Source: a virus (lineage: Duplodnaviria > Caudoviricetes). From it: a stretch of 64,000 nt of DNA. Made by a program: the position numbers and the translations under genes. The notes below the pieces were generated by a model that had not been told where the DNA came from, did not search any database, and worked only from the letters and a program-made list of their open reading frames with translations. Positions 61,317 to 64,000 of this stretch are shown here, piece after piece. The stretch's first letter is position 1, and every line of letters begins with the position of its first letter. The stretch spans positions 1,818 through 65,817 of IMG/VR virus record IMGVR_UViG_3300033978_000217; one strand, given 5' to 3'.

Positions 61317-63009
61317 CTAGTAGGATTCCTCTACTATCATCACCAACCTCTGCAAATCTTTTTGTCTTCACATCGTAAATGAAAGGAACTTCTCCAACCC
61401 GGCCAATGAAGGACCAACGTATCTTTTGGATGTTGATGAGAGTTTGCCCAGACACATAGTCTCGATATGCAACAAACCCATTGTCACACTTGTTGAAGAA
61501 GTGAGCAGATCCGGCTATATCATAAAGCGTAGGCATAACATACACTCCGTTTTCCTTCCTGATCTTTGTAGGGTGTGCAATAACAAAGACATGGACTCCG
61601 TAACGATCCTTGAATCGTTTAACCTTTGTGAGTGCTTCTGAGATATACTGTGTCTCACTCATTCCCTTTGGGACTTGGTGTTCAACATAGTTCCAAGGAT
61701 CTATCACAAGGCAATTGATTCCGTTCCTCTTCACAAGTTCAGCTGCTTTGTCTAGTATACCATCAATGGTAACATCCATCTCATCTATCTTCATGAAGAA
61801 GAAAAACTCTTCTACAAAGTCACGAGCCTTATCCACCTCCTCTTGAGACATCTTTGCGGTAGGTACAAATGAGAAGAAAGGCTTACCGATAAATATTTCA
61901 GCAAGTTCAGAAAAAAGTATCTCTGTAGGTTGCTTTTCTGGGGAAAACATTGCTATCTTCCACGAATGTTTCGCAGACAATCTGACAAGTAAATTGTTCA
62001 GAAAAGTTGACTTTCCTGCGTTGGGTGTTCCTGTGATGATGGTGAACTCTGACCCTCGAAACGAGATATGCTCATCAAATTGATTAAACCCTGCTTTCAA
62101 CCCATGAGGAAACCCATTAAGATATATGTCAGATATTTTCTCCTTCACGTCATTTACTTTCTCAATGCCCTCTATTGGTATTTGATAGGCTTCTGCAACT
62201 ACCTTCTGAAGAAGTTCTACTCCGTAATTAACTAATATTTCGTTAGCGTCCTTACAACCATCGGGTATGTTCACATACCAAATCTTCTCGCGTCCCAATC
62301 TTCGTGTTAATTCCTCACGAAGAGAGAGTCCTGCTGAGTCATTATCGGTAAAAATGATTACCTTATCCTTGTCCGCAAACGCATCAATGCAGTTATCTAA
62401 ATACTTGAGGTTTTGATTTCCTTTCGTTGCTCCATTAGGAACGCTTACGACAGGGTAAATTTGAGCTTCCTCCAAAGATAGAGCGTCCATTTCACCCTCA
62501 ACGATTACACACCAGTCATAGCCTTCTATGGAGTTCAGGTTGTACAGAATCAATTCGGCATCCTTAACCATCCGAAAGTTCTTTGCCGCGTCTCTGTACT
62601 TGATGTTAACCAAGTCACCTCCTCGGAAGTAGTTAAAACATATGGCGTTTCTATTCTCTCCGGCTTGAGGGAAAAAACATTCCTCTTCCGTAACTTTTAG
62701 TTTCAGCAAAGTGTTGTTGGAGATCCCTCTCTTCTCAAACCAAGAGAGGACCTTGTCGCTCACCTTTTGAAGTTTAGATGTAGGGATGAAGTACTCAACC
62801 TTGCGGTCCGACTTGTTTACACTCTTACCCATAAACGCTTCGCAGTTTGGGTAGTGACACTTGTACACACCTAACTCGACATTTACAGATAGACTCTTGT
62901 CCTTCTTGTTACTTCTCGTGTCTTTGCAGAACGGACAGTTTACTTTTTGTTGTGCCGAGGTATCCTTGCAGACAATTCCAAGGGCAGATAATTTTTGGTA
63001 GTTGCTCAT
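61264..63009 (-). CDS. Primase-helicase (T7 gp4/Twinkle type)
   Basis: Zn finger CPFC..CHYPNC, TOPRIM EGEMD/DND/KDANE, Walker A GTPNAGKS, IDP, AHP and GS motifs. Confidence 0.92.
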   Translation of the reverse strand: MSNYQKLSALGIVCKDTSAQQKVNCPFCKDTRSNKKDKSLSVNVELGVYKCHYPNCEAFMGKSVNKSDRKVEYFIPTSKLQKVSDKVLSWFEKRGISNNTLLKLKVTEEECFFPQAGENRNAICFNYFRGGDLVNIKYRDAAKNFRMVKDAELILYNLNSIEGYDWCVIVEGEMDALSLEEAQIYPVVSVPNGATKGNQNLKYLDNCIDAFADKDKVIIFTDNDSAGLSLREELTRRLGREKIWYVNIPDGCKDANEILVNYGVELLQKVVAEAYQIPIEGIEKVNDVKEKISDIYLNGFPHGLKAGFNQFDEHISFRGSEFTIITGTPNAGKSTFLNNLLVRLSAKHSWKIAMFSPEKQPTEILFSELAEIFIGKPFFSFVPTAKMSQEEVDKARDFVEEFFFFMKIDEMDVTIDGILDKAAELVKRNGINCLVIDPWNYVEHQVPKGMSETQYISEALTKVKRFKDRYGVHVFVIAHPTKIRKENGVYVMPTLYDIAGSAHFFNKCDNGFVAYRDYVSGQTLINIQKIRWSFIGRVGEVPFIYDVKTKRFAEVGDDSRGILLDEYETRQQEYEDEDIPF

Positions 63010-63740
63010 ATTTTATTGAAAAATCCTGGTTCAGCTTTGTTTATTTCCTCTTGAGTTTTTAAGTGTGTTCCTCCAAAGATGTCCCTCACTTTAATTTTCT
63101 CCTCTTGAATCTTATAGCCATCCTTAAACCAAACGTGCATCTTGAGTCTCCAATTTTTAACTGGAGATCCACTCTTGTCATGCCAATTACCATCGGTGTA
63201 GTAATTAAACGCTTTGATGGCGGCATCTTCTCTATAACCCTTATCTCTAAAAAACACTTTCACCTCTTCTAACGTAGGTGGCACAAAACTATTTTTCGGT
63301 TTTTTTGCCAATGTATCTATATTAGTATTTGTATTAATATTAGTATTTGTATTAGTGTGTCTTTGTATAGGCAGACTTTGACCGACATCGGCTTTTGTCG
63401 AACTCGGCTTTTCCCTAATGTCGGATATATCCAATGTCGGCTCTTCGTAAACAATATGATTCCATCCCTTAAACACTTTTGTCTTAGGATCATTTACCTT
63501 GACACTAACGATATACCCTTTCTCTTGAAGTTGTTTGAAAACACGATCAATAGTCCCTTTAGATTCTCCAGTCTTCTCAGGTAAGTTCTTTTTGTAAAGC
63601 ACCCAGTCAGTAGGTAGGCTTAATAGATAAACAAGCAACCCCTTCTCTTCGATGGTGATGTTGCAGTCTTGCAACAACTTGTTGCTTAACATGGTGAAAT
63701 CTCTTTCAGACTTCGCTCTTACAATTTGTCCTATATTCAT
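63006..63740 (-). CDS. Replication initiator-like HTH protein
   Basis: FT..N..KGLL.YLLS.P.DW..L.EKGYI N-terminus; C-terminal FVPPTLEEV..FNYY..W..KNW. Confidence 0.7.
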   Translation of the reverse strand: MNIGQIVRAKSERDFTMLSNKLLQDCNITIEEKGLLVYLLSLPTDWVLYKKNLPEKTGESKGTIDRVFKQLQEKGYIVSVKVNDPKTKVFKGWNHIVYEEPTLDISDIREKPSSTKADVGQSLPIQRHTNTNTNINTNTNIDTLAKKPKNSFVPPTLEEVKVFFRDKGYREDAAIKAFNYYTDGNWHDKSGSPVKNWRLKMHVWFKDGYKIQEEKIKVRDIFGGTHLKTQEEINKAEPGFFNKI

Positions 63741-63746
63741 AATGTG

Positions 63747-63838
63747 AAAAAAAATGCCCCGAAGAACAGGGAGGTCGCAGTCTCACCTATTCAACAGGGC
63801 TAGTATTTTGTGTTTTTTAATTCGCTGCGACCCGAATT
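63747..63838 (-). promoter_or_regulatory. Structured leader/attenuator with complementary loops
   Basis: Two hairpins whose loops GGTCGCAG and CTGCGACC are complementary; T-run after the second; TATCTTTG at 63844-63851. Confidence 0.6.
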
Positions 63839-63857
63839 GAAAACAAAGATAATAAAA

Positions 63858-64000
63858 TTACGCTGCTCTCCAAACACGAACTCCACCATCCATTGATCGG
63901 GCAGTCAGTTCGTAGTTCTTCTTTTTCTTTTGGTAGAAAAGTTTAGCAAGGTATTTTGATGTTTCTCCAGGAACGAAGAAAGAGTCTCCAACTTCCATAT
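63858..64000 (-). CDS. 3' part of a small DNA-binding-like protein
   Basis: MEVGDSFFVP..GVRVWRAA*. Confidence 0.6.
   Translation of the reverse strand, partial: MEVGDSFFVPGETSKYLAKLFYQKKKKNYELTARSMDGGVRVWRAA

Noticed and set aside
1-64000. Stop-codon reassignment, introns, inteins, integrase or DGR
   Set aside because: Genes tile well under the standard code using all three stops. TerL, capsid and helicase are uninterrupted. No recombinase or reverse transcriptase motifs were seen.

Overview
This window holds most of a tailed dsDNA phage genome, probably a podovirus infecting Bacteroidota. The host inference rests on many TAnnTTTG -7 promoters, some with a TTTG -33 box, and on A-rich translation starts without Shine-Dalgarno sequences. 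The standard genetic code fits throughout. 1-37.1 kb (+) is a crAss-like morphogenesis block: GroES-like protein, large terminase, portal, scaffold, major capsid, ring/tail proteins and cargo proteins. It continues with a 3.8k-aa polyvalent-type protein carrying a nested out-of-frame gene, ferritin, a lysis cassette and a repeat-rich fibre. 38-42.6 kb (-) holds RusA, GroES, a spanin-like pair, YqaJ exonuclease and RecT. 42.8-49 kb (-) is an operon of small acidic proteins strongly depleted of common restriction/methylation sites, probably the first-injected early region. 49.2-49.9 kb is a repeat- and GATC-rich non-coding region (candidate terminus, pac or origin). 50-57.2 kb holds a palindrome array, a structured intergenic RNA candidate and a cluster of Lys/Arg-rich small proteins. 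57-64 kb (-) holds a two-frame multi-TRD C5 methyltransferase, a DnaA-CTD protein, a primase-helicase and an initiator with a kissing-loop leader. The best leads are a candidate sRNA antisense to the early-gene start codons, the site-depleted early region paired with the methyltransferase, the operator-like palindrome array and the overprinted basic gene. All calls come from reading motifs by eye; no searches were run.
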